Positions 37,450 to 54,351 of a stretch of 64,000 bases of DNA are shown one piece after another. The notes below the pieces were generated by a model, which made no database searches, had not been told where the DNA came from, and saw only the letters and a list, made by a program, of their open reading frames with translations. A program made the translations under genes and the position numbers. The stretch is from Stegostoma tigrinum (lineage: Eukaryota), in the NCBI RefSeq assembly GCF_030684315.1, contig NC_081358.1, positions 127,540,967 to 127,604,966 of the forward strand, given 5' to 3'. Each line of letters opens with the position of its first letter. The first letter of the stretch is position 1.

Positions 37450-37714
37450 GGGGCTTAGCAGCAAGGAGTATTAGGAAATAGGGTTTGTGCTTTACTTAAA
37501 TTTGTTGGAAAATGTTTGGTTTTTAACTTTTAAATATTGTGATATTTGTTGTGGCTTTAAAGACTTTAGTTTGTGTTGAATTTAATAAAGTTTTTGTAAT
37601 TTTTTTTCAAACAAAAGGGCTGGTTCTGGTACGCTATGTTAATGAGTCTAAAATGTATTATGCTTGGGTCTGTCTATTTTATGAAAAGTTTCCCTTGTTG
37701 CCGGCAGATTCTAA

Positions 37715-37858
<144 letters not shown>

Positions 37859-40200
37859 TAAGAGGCTTTGTTTTGGTCTTTTCTGTGTGGGGAACTTGAT
37901 CCTTCTTGTAAACATACCAAACCCCTCTAGCCTTTTATGTAGTCTGTCTCCTCTTAACTGGTGTGTACTATATGCAGTAAGAGCAGTTTATGTTGTTTCC
38001 AAATTAACATCAAAGTAGACTTAAGTCACTTGACAACCTCTGAATTGCTGCCTTGCTATGTGGTGAGGATAGAGTTAAGATCACATTTGATCATTGCTTT
38101 TCCTGATTTCTCAATCCTGTAGCTGAAAACAAGTGTTGGCTGTCTGTTCCTCTCTCAGAATTCTTCCAGTGAAGCACCCTTTTCCCTTAATTCAGTGTTT
38201 TGGGAAGCACAAAAGCTGACACTTTGGTTTTCTGATGAAGGGTCTAGGCCTGAAACATCAGCTTTTGTGCTCCCCTGATGCTGCTTGGGCTGCTGTGTTC
38301 ATCCAGCTCCACATTTTATTATCTTGGATTCTCCAGCATCTGCAGTTCCTATTATCTCTGAGCCCTGCCCCATTTTACTGCCAGTGTTCTCCAATCTTCT
38401 TTCAGCAACCAGGTTCAAAATTCCTAACTGACCTCCAACTTTCTTGGGTGTGTACCCTGACTTTTAGGTCTTGTGCTTCCTGATATCATTGCTGAAAACC
38501 TTGCTCTAACTGTCACACTAAACACCTAAGGTGTGTTCCTTCCCCTGAGAAGGAAACAACTTATTCAGACCCCCAAATAAAGATCTGGTGTTTATCACTC
38601 TTTAAACCTTGCTTCTCTCGTGTTAGTTACATTCCTGAGCAAGACCATGCATAATTCAAAAGTTTAGCATTACCACTTGGATCAACTTATCACTCGTTGG
38701 TTTCTTCTTTTCTTCTTCTCATGAAGATATTACTTGCTTGGATGTCTATGCTGCCTTTTCTCTATAGAGGCAGCCACTATGCTGTCAGGAAAGGGCTTGA
38801 GGGTTTGGTTAGTGGCAGAATGAAGTGCTCCAAGTCAGTATGGCATGAATTGGAGTGGAACTTGCTGGCAGTGGTGTCATCGGTCTTTGTCCTCACTATC
38901 CTAGTAGTTGTGGTTCAGAAGGTGCTGCTAAAAGGCCTTGGTGTGTTACTACACAGCAATTTGCAGATGGTATACCCAACTATATCACAATGGTGAAAGC
39001 CAAAGCTTTTTAACTTGCAGTTTATGTAAATACCTGATGCAAAGGGTAAACTCATCTTGTAAAGCTTAGGTATGTAGTCACAATTGGACTAACTGGTGTT
39101 ACCATGGAGAATAATCTAGTTAAATAATTTTAAAGCAAACTCTAGTTAGCTATCACTTAACCACCTGAAGGCATTGTCCTGATGAATGAACCACTGGTTT
39201 TTTTAGTTGAGGACAGGGCTGAGTGGTAACATGGACCTCCCTTTATCAGCAATTGAGCTGAATGTCAATGTTAAATTGGGTTTTCTCCAAGTATCATTCT
39301 TGGGATATTCAGCAAATGCTGCCCAACACTTATGGGATACTGCAATTGGGCAGCAAGCCTGGTTGGGTAAAGTCAGTGCCTTTCTTATCTCTTGTAAGCT
39401 GTTTCTTGCTGTCTGACACCAAACAAGCAGTGTTTTGGACCTATGACCCATACACCTGGCACTATACCAGCACTGAAATTCCTATAGCACGTCAGTGTAA
39501 TAGGTAGAACATAACCTTGGCTTGACAGCAGCATACTACTGGCAATTGAATGTGACTGGTTTTATTATACTATAATCTGGCTTCACCTGTTAATAAGCTT
39601 GTTTTTGCACTAGGTCTGAATGCACTTTTTAAGAATGGAAGTCTAGACTGTGTTCATGACAGCTGACTACAGCAAGGAATTCTCAGCATGACCTAATAGC
39701 TGTCAGGATATCTTGCTAATTATAATGCCTTAACTGCCTGAGTTTGCTTTCTCCCATTCTGTGCTGGGATGCATGCTTCAATGGTTGGTCAGCAGTCACT
39801 GCCCATCCCTAGTTTACCTTGAGGTGGTGATGAGCTGTAGCCTTGAACTGTTGCAGGTAGGCCCAAAACATTAGGGAGGGAATTCCAAACCTAGTTCCAT
39901 CTAAAGATCAGTAGAACAGATACATGGGAGTGCTAATTAGAAGTTTCCCCTCAAATCACATGAATCGGAGATGTATTGCTTCAGTCAGTCAATCTGAGTT
40001 CACAACCCCACCCCATCACCCCCATGACTACAATGGTTCAAGAAGCAGCTTCCACCTCTTTAAAAAGGGAATCTAGGGGCAGGCATTAAAGTTGGCCCAC
40101 AAGTGAATTTTTAAAAAGACTGTCTCAATTGGCATTCCAAACCAGTTTTAAATCTAGCCATCAATGCTTGAGTTTACTTTTTGTATGTTGTTTCTCCTAG

Positions 40201-41205
<1,005 letters not shown>

Positions 41206-41639
41206 CTTGCTGTAGGGTTCTTTTCATTGAAAGTGACCAAGTCCTAGACAATAAGTGTCTCCTTCCCACTCAGACCTGCCTTTGCCCAGGTTAATCTAAT
41301 GCATTCTGCCCAATTCCACCTGCTTCCTCTTCCATCCACACTCTGCACTTGTGTGTAGATCCAACTCCAATATTGCCTTTTGGGCAATGACTACAATACC
41401 ACTGATCTATGAAATGGGGTGTAATTGCCAATGAAGAATTAAAAGTAGCATTGTTATCCATTTAGTTCATGAGCTGGGTGGTAACCTCCATGTGACATTG
41501 AAGGCTTGCATAGTGGTGAATGTTCCTTTGTATACAAATATTGTCAAATAAATTACTCATGCTTTATTCCAAGCTGATCTTTTTATTTCTCTAGCACACC
41601 AGAAACATGAATTCAGTGAGATCTTCATTAGTCTCAGTC

Positions 41640-42430
41640 TACTTGATGATTTCTCAGAAGTAGATGCAGCCAGAAGTGCTGACTTCTTCCAGTGGTGAAG
41701 AGAAATTGGAGTTGATGTTTTTCAGATACAGTGACCCATTTTGGGGTGGGGGGGGGTGGGAAATGGTAGTTTACTGAAGATGTGGATTGAGCCCAAAGAC
41801 AGGAGTGGACAGACAGCCAGATAATGATCTGGTTAGGAGGGTGAATAGTTGTTAATGGAGACTTATTGGCTAACAATCAGTTTAATAAAAGTAAACTGAT
41901 AACAAGGCCTGGGTAGGGGGCAGGACATGTGGGGAGTTCAGGCCCTAAAATGATTGAACTCACTATTGAGTCTGGAGGGCCATAGGCTCCCAAGTGGAAG
42001 GTACAGTACTGTTCTTTTTTCTCTTTCAACTTATGCTGGAACATTGCAGCAAGCCTGACAGATGTTGGACAGGGAACAGGGTAATGTGCTGAAGTGGCAA
42101 GCAACTGGTATCTTAGGTTTTCTAGGATGTAGATGTTCATGCATTGTTTCTCTTCTTCCCTCCCCCCCCCCCCCCCCCCCCCCACTGTAAAGCTGACTAC
42201 TGCATTCACTGTCACAACTGTAGACTAGATTTGTGCAAAAGTGTTGCTTTGCACAAGGTATGTTTGAGCCCTTGGATACTGAAGAAGGAAGGGGTAAATG
42301 GGCAGGTGTTACCCCTCCCAGGGTTGTGGGGATGGGATGGGTGTTGGGAATAAAGGAAGTGGATGAGGGTGTCCTGGAGGAACTTCCTCCATGTAAAGCA
42401 GACAAGGGAGGAATATGTCTGCAAGGGTGG
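41640..42430 (-). mobile_element. Old degenerate PLE fragment
   Basis: Decayed GIY-YIG-like text (NLVY.CD..CSQLY, PVACHFS, FHLG) and shared sequence with 14900-15170. Confidence 0.55.
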
Positions 42431-45400
42431 CAATGGGAGCTGTAGATTCTAGTGCAATGAATGGAATTTTAATGGGACTAATAGGGGAAGTACAATTGGC
42501 AGAAGTTGCCTGAAGGAGCAAATTCAGCATGGTTGTGGCATCAGTTGGCTGAATTTGTCATAACAGGAACAGCAATTATTTGCTGTACCCAAGAAAGTTG
42601 TTTTTCTCATTTATCCTGTCTTTTAAATGACTACCATTGGCCACACCTGGCTTGGAACAGCAGTGACTGTACACTCTACATTGTTCACTAGAACCACCTG
42701 CTCATGAAAGGTACTCTTTATTCCTGCTCCTGTTTCCTTCAGGTCAAATGTGGAACTTCTTTCTTCCCTAAATAACAAATTTAAAACTGTCTGATGTAGA
42801 CAACACTTGATGTTTCCATTGTGGGATTCTCTGCCTAGAGCACATGGTGTCCTCCAGAAATTCTTTGCCATCTGAGTTTTAAATTCTATACAGCAGTGTT
42901 GTGTAGGTGGCAGCAAAATTTTTAAAGGATTGAGGCAAAGCAGTCCAGACAATCCTATGGAATGTTGGGTCAGGTTCAGGGCCTGAATAGCCTGCGTCTA
43001 CTCCTATTTCTCAAATCTGCTTGTTATGGAAAGCTCTCGCTCTTGCTTCCTGAAAGAGAGGAATACTGCAAAATTCTTCATCTTGCATTTACCAGGACAA
43101 GAGGGGCTAAACAGTTCATGTAGAAGGTTGACTGTGTGGCAAGCATTGGGTTCCAGTGGGAAATTACCATGGAGAATGCACAAGAGCAACCCCTCTACTG
43201 ATCTGTTCACTGTATTATTAATTTTGCCCCTTTTAACTGGCATTTCTCATGACTCGTTCTGATTGCTGTTAAATAAATGCAATTCTGAAGTTCTAAGAAC
43301 AAAATTTTCTTTTAATCTAACAAGTGACCAATCAGTCCATCACTAACCACCATGAAGGATAGTCTGGTTTCACACTTGCAGTGATGATGGGGAGGAAGAT
43401 GATTAGAATTCTGTAGATAGTGTGCCAAGCCTAAAGGCTTTCCCAACTATGTTTGCATAGCTGTGTCCACAAGGAAATAGACTTGAGGATGTGGCAGACC
43501 TATGTCAGTTTGTGGTAAGATAAGAGAGGGAGGATTTTTCCACTTGGATATGGCGGGTGTTAATGTTCTGTGGCAGCAGGGACTAGTCCAGCTGAACAAC
43601 TTTATCTAAAGGGCTCAGACTAACATCCTTGCTGACGCTGACTTCAGTTGATTGTGTTAAGTAATATTTGTGCCTTAGATAATGACTGACTCTGACTCTG
43701 TCTAACCGGAGAAACTCTACACACCCCAGTGCTGAGACAAAAATATGCTTTGGATGAGGAAAATGAATGCTCTATAACCAAGAATGTAGATGACAAAAAT
43801 AGGTGGGAAGACAGGGGGTGAGGATGTGGGCAGATGCATTATAGATAGATAATGGAAATAGGCAAAACAAAACTTGGTAGATGGACTGAAATGTGAGGTT
43901 ATGTACTTTAGCAGGAAGAATAAAGGAGCTGAATATTATTTAAAGTTAGAGTGGAAAAAGCTATTGCTCAGTGATTTAGGAGTCCTTGTCATAGGAATTA
44001 AGAGCAGGAACAAGACATTTTAATTTTTAACCCATTCTGCTGTCCACTATAATCACGGCTGATCATCCAACTCAGTACTCTCTTCCTGCTTTCTCCCCCA
44101 GGCCTTTGGATCTCTTTAACCCTCAGTTTCTATGTATAGCTCGTGGACTGTAGTGATTTCACAGGACAGCTCACTGTCCTCTCAAGGGCAACTAGGGCTA
44201 GGTGTTAAAAGCAGAGGTTGACCCTCTGCCTCTGACCCACCCCCATTGATAACTGAAATGCCTAGAGAAGATCACCTCACCCTGTAACCTGTTAAAGAAT
44301 GAAGTGTGGTATAACCTGCCTCCCTTCCCCTCTCTCTCTGTTATAAAGGAGTGCTTAAATGAAATAAACTCCTGATACTCACTCTATAATCAACAAGTAA
44401 CAATTTATTTACCTTATTCTGATAGTGAATAAATTAAGTAAGCTATTAACAAACTGAACAATTCTCCCCTAACTAACTATTCCCAAATAACAAAATTTCA
44501 ATGGTATGCTGTTACAATAAATACAAGTCCCCCTTATATGAACCAAATTTTTTTTTAAATTAGAACTTAGTGTCATGAAATTATAGCCAGGTTATGTCTT
44601 CCGCAATGTTCTGTGTCTTCTCTACTATTAGGAATGCCTTTTCGGTGAATCCTTCCATCAGGAATGTTTTCTCCATCAAATTCTTTTATCAGGAATATTA
44701 ACTATTACTACTGTTAGTGTCTTTAATTTAGATGGAGCTAACTCTAAAGGCTTAGCGAATACTGTGAGGACCAGTGATTCTTTCTCTTAGAACTAGGACC
44801 TATTCTCTTGGCAGATGACAGTGGGCTTGCCCCCAATTTTCCAGAAAACCTCATCTTTTATAGCCTTGATGGCATATCAATTTCTTACAAAAGGATTAGT
44901 CCTATATTGTATAAATTGTCAGATTTAAATTTACTTGATTTCAGTATCTAAGCGCCTGGTTTAAATTAATTGGCTAAATCAAAACTTGACTTGATAACAA
45001 AACTGTGGCTTGTGCTGCTAACCATCCTGCCTATTGATATAAAAATGTTACAATGCAGGTACTCCATGCACCTGCAAACGACAAGCTGCCCACAGAAATT
45101 TTTTTTAATCTTCAGGTATAGAAATAAAATGCAGCATCTTTTAAAGGGACCATGCAGTGCTTTCCCCATAGTATTTTCTAAATCTTAATATTTCACAAAC
45201 ACCAAATTCTAACTTCCTGCCTTCCGATCCACAATTACTCTACTCAACTTTGCAACACAGGTAATGAATTCTGGCCCAGCCAATGACATCCACATCCCAC
45301 AAGTGAATTTTAAAACAAAAAATCTCTAACTCCTTCTTAAGCACTCAATGTTTTGGCCTCGACCACTTTGTATGGCATTGAATTCAATAGGCTCACTACT

Positions 45401-45482
45401 CGCTGTATGATGCAATTTCTCCTCCTCTCAGCCCTTAAGATATACTGGCAATGGCGACAGCCAGACATGGATGGTTCACTAG

Positions 45483-45692
45483 TGATAATGGGAACTGCAG
45501 ATGCTGGAGAATCCAGGATAACAAAGTATAGAGCTGGATGAACACAGCAGGCCAAGCAGCATCTCAGAGGCACAAAAGCTGACGTTTCGGGCTCACTGAT
45601 GAAGGGTCTAGGCCCGAAACGTCAGCTTTTGTGCTCCTGAGATGCTGCTTGGCCTGCTGTGTTCATCTAGCTCCACACTTTGTTATCTTGGA
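45483..45692. mobile_element. Mini fold-back PLE insertion
   Basis: Inverted PLE ends, intact CTGATGA...GAAACGTC at ~45597, ATGGTTCAC duplicated on the flanks. Confidence 0.82.
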
Positions 45693-48134
45693 TAGTATGG
45701 TTCACGAGGCTTATACCTGGTATGTAGGGAGTCTTGAGTAAATTGGGTCTGTATTCACAAATTTAGAATGAGGCAAGCTTGTTGAAATATACAAGACTCT
45801 TAACGCAGTCAATAAAGCAGATGCAGAAAGGTTATTTCCCTGATGAAGTATCATCTAGACTCACACTGTTAGCTTGCTTTCTCTCCATCGATGCTGCCTG
45901 ACCTGCTGCAATCTCCAACATTTTGTTTTTCAGTACAGATTCCAGTATCCCAAGGTTGTTTCTCTTGCACAAGAGTCTAGAACTAGAGGGCATAATCTGA
46001 GAATAAGAAGTTGCTTATTGAAGACATGTTTCAAAGGTTTTAACATTACTGACTCCTGCACAATCAACTTCCTCAGGGTTCCTATTGACCAAAAAGCGAA
46101 TTGGACCATTACTGCACTTATGTGAGCAGGTTAAAAGTCAGTAATTCTGTGCTGAGTAACTCACCTCCTGACTCCCCAAAGCCTATCCACCAACTACAAA
46201 TCTCAAGTCCAACAAAAGACATTTGATACTATTCAGGACAAAGTAGCCTGCTGGATTGGCAACACATTCTACTCATTCCACATCCTCTCCTTACACTTTC
46301 ACTCCCACCTATGATGTAGTTTGACAAGTGTGTATTTCCTACAAAAGGCATTGCACCGACTCACTAAGGCTCCTCCAGAAGCATCTCTCAAGCCCGCAAC
46401 CTCTACCATTTAGAAGGCAAGGGTAGCAAGTGCATAGGAGTACGCACCAAAAGAATATTTTCCTCCAAACCACACACAATCTTGACTTGGAAACAGATTA
46501 TCGCTCCGTCACTGTCACTGCCTCAAAATCCTGCAACATCAGTGTGTGCGTACCTACGTCAGGAGCTGTAGCGAGTCAAGAAGGCAGCTCACCAATGTTA
46601 TTCATGGATGTGTTGGGATTAATTTTTTGACTGAGTTCAATAAGCACCAACCATTGTGACAATATTGTGTGGAGTATTAGAGTAAAATAGCACCTTCTGG
46701 GGAACAGACCTCAAGTGAGCTCTTCCCAATAGTCTTCATAGTCAGGTCATGTTTATTCTTACAACTTACAAACAGTTTCAGAGATGCAAAGAAAAACTAC
46801 TTAACTACTTAATTTACAAGCCTTGTCTCATTAGACTAAAAGTTGGCATGTAAACAGGAAAGAGCCCACCCACTCAGAAAAGGTGGATAGCAATTCACAG
46901 TGATCATCACCTTCTCCAGGGCAATTAGGGATGGGGAGTGAATGCTGACATAGACAGCATTACCAACATACCATGAATAAGTACATTTTTCAAAATTAAT
47001 GAGAATGTGGGGGATGAGTCAAAATTAATTTAGTTTCGGTATCAGTAAAGTTGAAACAAGGTGCACAAGGGACTAGGAGAAACATCTTGAATCAATATGA
47101 AATCAGGTGACAACAGGGAGGGTCCAAGATAGATTGGAATGGAGACTAGTGTAACAATGTTTCCAGCACAAATATCCACGTAAGAAAATTTTTACAGAGA
47201 CCAAGCTCCAGAAAAAGAGGCCTGGATCATCAATATTCCTGAATATCAGGTGTACAAGAAAGAGAGGAGAAACAAGATATCAGCAGTTTAAATAATTGTG
47301 CCTGAAAGATTACAACATAGTGTTTGAGAGGTAGAACCATGAAACAGTGTGTAAAATTCTACCTTTAGCTATTATTTATTCAATGTTCATCACAACTGAC
47401 AGGGTCCACAATAAACTGGGTCCATCTGTTCATGCTTAACAGTGACAAGCTTAGTTGAACAGGTTCAAGAGAAATTAATGTGAAACAAGCAGGTTTATAG
47501 GAGACAACAGCTCTCCTGCCAGAAGATAGACCCATCGACAAATAATTAGCTAGGGACGACGGAAAAACACCAACCTTGGTTGTAACAGCAAAAAATACCA
47601 GATGTAAGCCAATCTTGACAAACTTTGGCAAATAGAACATCAAGAAAGAGCTGTAATTTAAGAAACAGGAAGAACTCCAAATGGGAGCCTGCAAAAATAT
47701 TCTAAGAAGGATATCAAAGTCAAGGCAAATGATTACAATGATTTTAGGGCAAAAGGGATCAGAGCCAATGTGGATCCCTTAAAGTGATAACAGTGATATT
47801 TTCAGTGAAAATCAAAGTGGCAGGCATGCTGTATTAAGAGATAACAAGGTGAGGAGCTGGATGAAAACAGCAAGACAAGCAGCAGCAGAGGAGAAGGAAA
47901 CATGATGTTTCGGGTCTGCACCATTCTTCAGATATGGGGGAGCGGAAGGGGATTCTGAAATAAACAGGGAGAGAGGGGGAGGCAGATAGAAGATGGATAA
48001 ATGGTGCCAATACATACTCTAGAGGAAGGAGTCACTGGCTGACCATGATAAGCAAACATATATTGAGACAAGGACTCACCGAGATGAATGTATCAAAGTA
48101 ACAAAAGTAAACACTGAAGGGAAAGAGAGACAAA

Positions 48135-48790
48135 CCTCCGACAGTGTTGCACTCCCTCAGCACTGACCCTCTAACAGTGCTCACGCCCTCAGCACTGACC
48201 CTCTGACAGTGCAGCGTTCCCTCAGCACTGACCTCTGAGAGTGCGGTGCTCCCTCAGCACTGGCTGTCTGACAGTGTGGCACTTCGTCAGCGCTGACCCT
48301 CCGACAGTTCACACTCCCTCAGCACTAACCATCTCACAGTGCTCCCACAGAGCAGCAGTCCCTCAGCACTGACCCTCCCGCAGTGCGGGGGCTACCTCCA
48401 CACTGACCCTCTAACAGTGCTTCGCTCCCTCAGCGCTGACCCTCTGACAGTGCAGCATTCCCTCAGCGCTGATACCCTGATCATGCAGTAATTCCTCAGT
48501 AATGAATCTTTGAAAGTGCTGTCCTCCACAAGTCCTGATATTCCAACAGAATAGCGTTCCCTCAGTATTACCCCCCCAACTGTGCATATGACTTTCAATC
48601 CTGAATCTGCAACAATATGACACTCCCTCAGAACTACAGTGCTGCATTTCCTCAGTACTGACAGTCCAACAGTGTGCATACCTTCAGCACTCCCTCACCA
48701 CAGACCCTCCAACAGGGCAGCACTCCTTCAGTACTGACGCTCTGACAGTCTGGCACACACACAGTTATGACCATCTGACAGTGCTGCACA
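48135..48790 (+). repeat. 33-bp minisatellite (degenerate array)
   Basis: Unit CACTCCCTCAGCACTGACCCTCCGACAGTGCGG. Confidence 0.9.
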
Positions 48791-49272
48791 CTCTCTGTTC
48801 TATATTACTTGATATATACATAAAACATGTCCTGAACCAAACCCTTGGGCCTAAAACGTGAACCTGGAAGCTCCTGCCTGACAGGCAGCCTGAACCAATC
48901 AGATCCTCCTCTTGCAGATCATTGGCTGTCTGCTGAATGATGAGACTGGGAGGGGATCAGTACTAATAGTTAACAGGCAGGCAGAGTGACAGTCTCATTT
49001 CTTGCTTGCAGAAGGAAAGGCAGTGTTCTGGGTGAGAGGTAGGTGTAGCTTGGAAAGTAAGTTGTGGCAGGAATGAAGGCTTGTTTTTACTTGGAGGAAG
49101 TGTAATGGGTATTAGCTGTGAATCTATACTTTCTATTTTTTAAACAAGAAGGAAGTCTCAGAAGTTGTTGAGCCATGTCTTGTGCATTTTCTGTTGGTGT
49201 TTTCCTTTCTGTCTTGTCTATGCCAATAGATGTCTCCTTTTATCTCTTTCAGTCACCTCCTGCAGATTCTAA

Positions 49273-49557
<285 letters not shown>

Positions 49558-51599
49558 TAGAGACTATGGTTTGACTTTAACCCTTGCTGGTTCCTGCTCT
49601 TGCAATTTGGGTGTGGCTGTCAGTGTGGGTTTGGTCCTGTTTGGAGCTCTATCTGACCCTTTTTACTGAGGTGTTCCTGTTTCTGTACAATCATGATGGT
49701 CTATTTCTAGAATCAGTGGGGTAACTGACAATGGCTGAAAGTTAGGTTTTATTTTGAGTGCAGTGGGACCATTTAAGTGATCCTTTAATCCATCAAAGGA
49801 TGTGAGGCTGAAAAATGCACTTAAATCTGCACATATGAAGTGCATGGTTTGACTGGATACAAGAGTAATAACTCCTGAAAGATAAGTGTAAATATCTGTA
49901 GCTGGTGTTGCAGGGATGTTAGAAGTGGGGCTAACAGAATTGCTGTTGGAATGAGCCAGCAGAGGCTTTTTTCTTTCCCCTCTTCCTCCTACATGGTAGC
50001 ATTCTCAGTCTTTAAACCAAGTTGAAGCTGGGGGAACAGAAACCTGAGCCATGGACCTTGAATCATGGCCAGGACAGGATTAAGCCAGGGGTAGGATGAT
50101 CTAGCTATACCTGGGCATTTCTTTCCCAGTGTTGTCTCCTGGAGCACTGTTTGAGCATCTGTTCCTCCTCTAGATTTCTCCTTATTCTGTGCCATTCCTA
50201 ATCCCTGGTGTGTGTTAACCCTGTCAAACAGATGGTTCAACCTGCCTGGGAAGCAGCAGGAGGAAGTTGCTTGCGCCTTGAGCCACTTCTCTGATTCAAT
50301 TAAGTTGTGCCTGTTGCTTATGTTAAACCTTGATTTTTATGGCTTGATATCTTTGGGCACCTGAATCTGATTTGGCCTGTCAAAATTGCCAGTTGCTTCC
50401 CCTATACCCAATTGTGTATCAACATTTTTTTGGTTTTGGCATTGCTCTGTATCTAAACAAGCCATACACCCAACTGAGCTAACCAACCTCCACCTCCCAC
50501 AATAAGAAATACTTCATCACTTCTAGCCTGGTTCTGTTTTAACATTATCCCTTTTTTTTTGGGGGGGGGTTCTGGGCTTTTCCGGCCAGCATCTTGATTC
50601 CCCTCCCAAAGTGGAAGTGGAGCCAATTCACTGCCACCTTGTCCTTTGTTTTCCTCCATTCCGCAGTCCTACATTCCAGCTACTTCCTGGTGTATCACTG
50701 CTGTTATCCCTCCTTGGACCTCAAATGTACTGTTGTAAGAAGTTCCAGGTTCTTTAATCAAAATAAAAGCAGCTACTCGTGATATAAGCAAGTAGTGACA
50801 CATTCACTGTCTCCAAGCTGAAGTATTGTCAGTGTAGGTGGGCTACAGTGTGCTGTAGGCTTTACTCTTGAGCTGTCAGTTGGTTGAGTCCGAGTACCTT
50901 TCCAGATACCAGTGTAGTCAATGCAAGGTTAAAATGGTCATAATCACAGACGACTGTTCTCTTTGGAGAAAGATGACTAGTAACCTGAAGGTGACTGGAG
51001 AAATTGCGAAGTAGAGTTCTTACGGTAACTTCAGTCTGCAGGAATTGAGCCCAAGATGTTAATCTCATCCATGCAGCATAAAACATTTTGGCATTGCTCT
51101 GTATCTAAACAAGTCATGTAGCCAACTGAGCTAACCAACTCCCCTCCCCACTTCACCCACCCCCCCCGCCAAAAAAAAAGTGATGGTTGCTTAGTAACAA
51201 AATTACTCTGATAGGGCCAATGACTTCAAGTCAATGGTAGCATGCTTTGTCCTGGGTCTGCATCAGGGTTCCAGCAAAGCTCTTTCCAAGCGGGAGGAAC
51301 AATAACTATCCCTTCACTGACTGTACAATTCCATAGTGAGTTATGCAATTTCAAACCAGTTCTCCATTCTCATTAATTTCTACCTTCTGACTTTGATCTC
51401 CAGATAGAGGAAAGAAACAACACCACGTTCCAGCCTCTCAGTTCTGATAATGAATCATGTGGTCTTGAAACTTTAGCTGTGTTCCTCTTGACACAGCTGC
51501 TGTCAGATCTGCTGAGTTTGTCCTCCTTTTTTATTGAAGCCAATGTTGCAGTCAAGACTAGGTGGGTAAAGAGTGGGAGAAAGATCTAGTCTATAGCTG

Positions 51600-52850
51600 T
51601 GAGGCTGGAAAAGCACAGCGAGTTGGACAGCATCAGAGGAGCAAGAGAGTCAATGTTTTGGGCTTAAAACCTTCCCTCAGAACTGGAGAGGTGGGGATGG
51701 TGGGAAGCCCAGAAAGAGGGGGAGGGGTGTGTGCCTAGGGGGAAAGATGGAGAGATTTTGTTTGAATGTGGGTTGGGGGTGTTATTGTGATTGGGAAGAT
51801 GTATAAGTTTAGCTCTCCTCAAGAGTGGGAGGGCCAGACTTGGGATAACATTGGGGGTAGAGGGAATTTGAAGCTGGTGAAGTCAGTGTTAAGGCCACTT
51901 GGGCTGTAAGCTTCCACAGTGAAATATCAGGTGTTCTAGTTCGTGTGGCCTCACTCCTTGTGGAGGAGGACAAGGATGGACATCCCAACAGGAGAGTGGG
52001 AAGCAGAATTAAAATGAATGGCATTAGAAGGTCAGGTTGGTTGATGCAAGCAGAACGCAGATGCTCTGTAAGCTGGTCCCAGAGTCTGTGGTCCTATCTA
52101 TTATCAGGGAGATCAAATCAGGAGCTACAGTTGAGTATGTAATGTTGGATGGATTGCTTGAACCCTTGGATGGCGGTGAGAGGGAAGGCGTGGGGGCAGT
52201 GTTAACCTCTTGCAGTTGCAGGGAGAAGTACTGGGTGTGGTGAAGAAATTGATGGGGGATTTAGAGCTGATAGAGTCAGAGGACAGGAGTAGGAAGGGAA
52301 ACATTGTTTTGGTGGGGCTGGATTGTCAGTGGCTGAAATGTCAAGTTATGTTGGATTTGGAGGTTGGTGGGGTGATAGATGAGGACTAGGGGGACTCTCC
52401 CCTTCCTGCTATTTGGGGAAAGGGGGTTTGAGAGCAGAAGTGCAGGAAATAGGGGCGATGCTGTTGTTGATGGCACTCTTAATTGGGGAAAATTCTGATC
52501 CCTCAAGTAGGATATCCGAGGTCCTAGAATAGAACACCTCATCCTTGGAACAGATGTGGCAGAGGAATTGGGAGTATGGGATGCACTTCTATTTTTTTCA
52601 GGAAGGTGGAAGCAAGGTGTAGTCAAGGTAACAGTGGGAGTCTGTTGGTTTGAAATGGATGTCAGGTGAGTCAGCTTCTGGAGATGGAGACAGGCTGAGG
52701 AAGCTGTCGGAAATAGTCTAGGTGAATTTGAGGGTAGGGTGGAAAGTGTTGAACTGCTCAAAGTCCTCCTGAGAATGAGGCCATATTGATGTAGTCATTA
52801 ATGTAGCAGAGAAAGAGGTGAAGGATGGTGCTAGTGTAGTTGCAGAAAGA
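51600..52850 (-). mobile_element. Old degenerate PLE in the actin B intron
   Basis: Decayed RVPLVLIYHPTNLQIQ linker and GIY-YIG tail. Confidence 0.7.
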
Positions 52851-53346
52851 AGCTTTGTCGAAGGATCACTGATGTTACCTAGTATGGTGACGAAACGTCT
52901 GAAAACGAACCTTCCAGCTCAGCGAGCAAACTCACATCCAAAAATACCCACGTCCAAAATGTCTAATGTCAACTACTACTAATGAATGTTTACCTATCTG
53001 CTATCTTGCTGTTGTCATCTCTATTTGAATTAAAAAATGAAAGATAGTCACTAGAACATAATTGTGGAAGAGAGACAAATGTAAGCTTCTGATCTCTGCC
53101 TTAAAATGTCCAGAATGAAATGTAGTCACCTAGGCCATAACACATTCAATCTATCCTACACTAAGCAATCAACTTTAAAGCATATCATAATGTGATAGGT
53201 CTGTGAGCAGTTCAATTTTTGGTGCAATCAGATGTCCTTCAGCGGTGCTCAGTATTCTTCAGAACAGGAAGTCCTTGATGGCGAGTAGACCAGCCTTGTT
53301 TGAGTTCATTGTGAATTCATCCTGTTTGTTTTATTTCTCCATCTAG

Positions 53347-54351
<1,005 letters not shown>

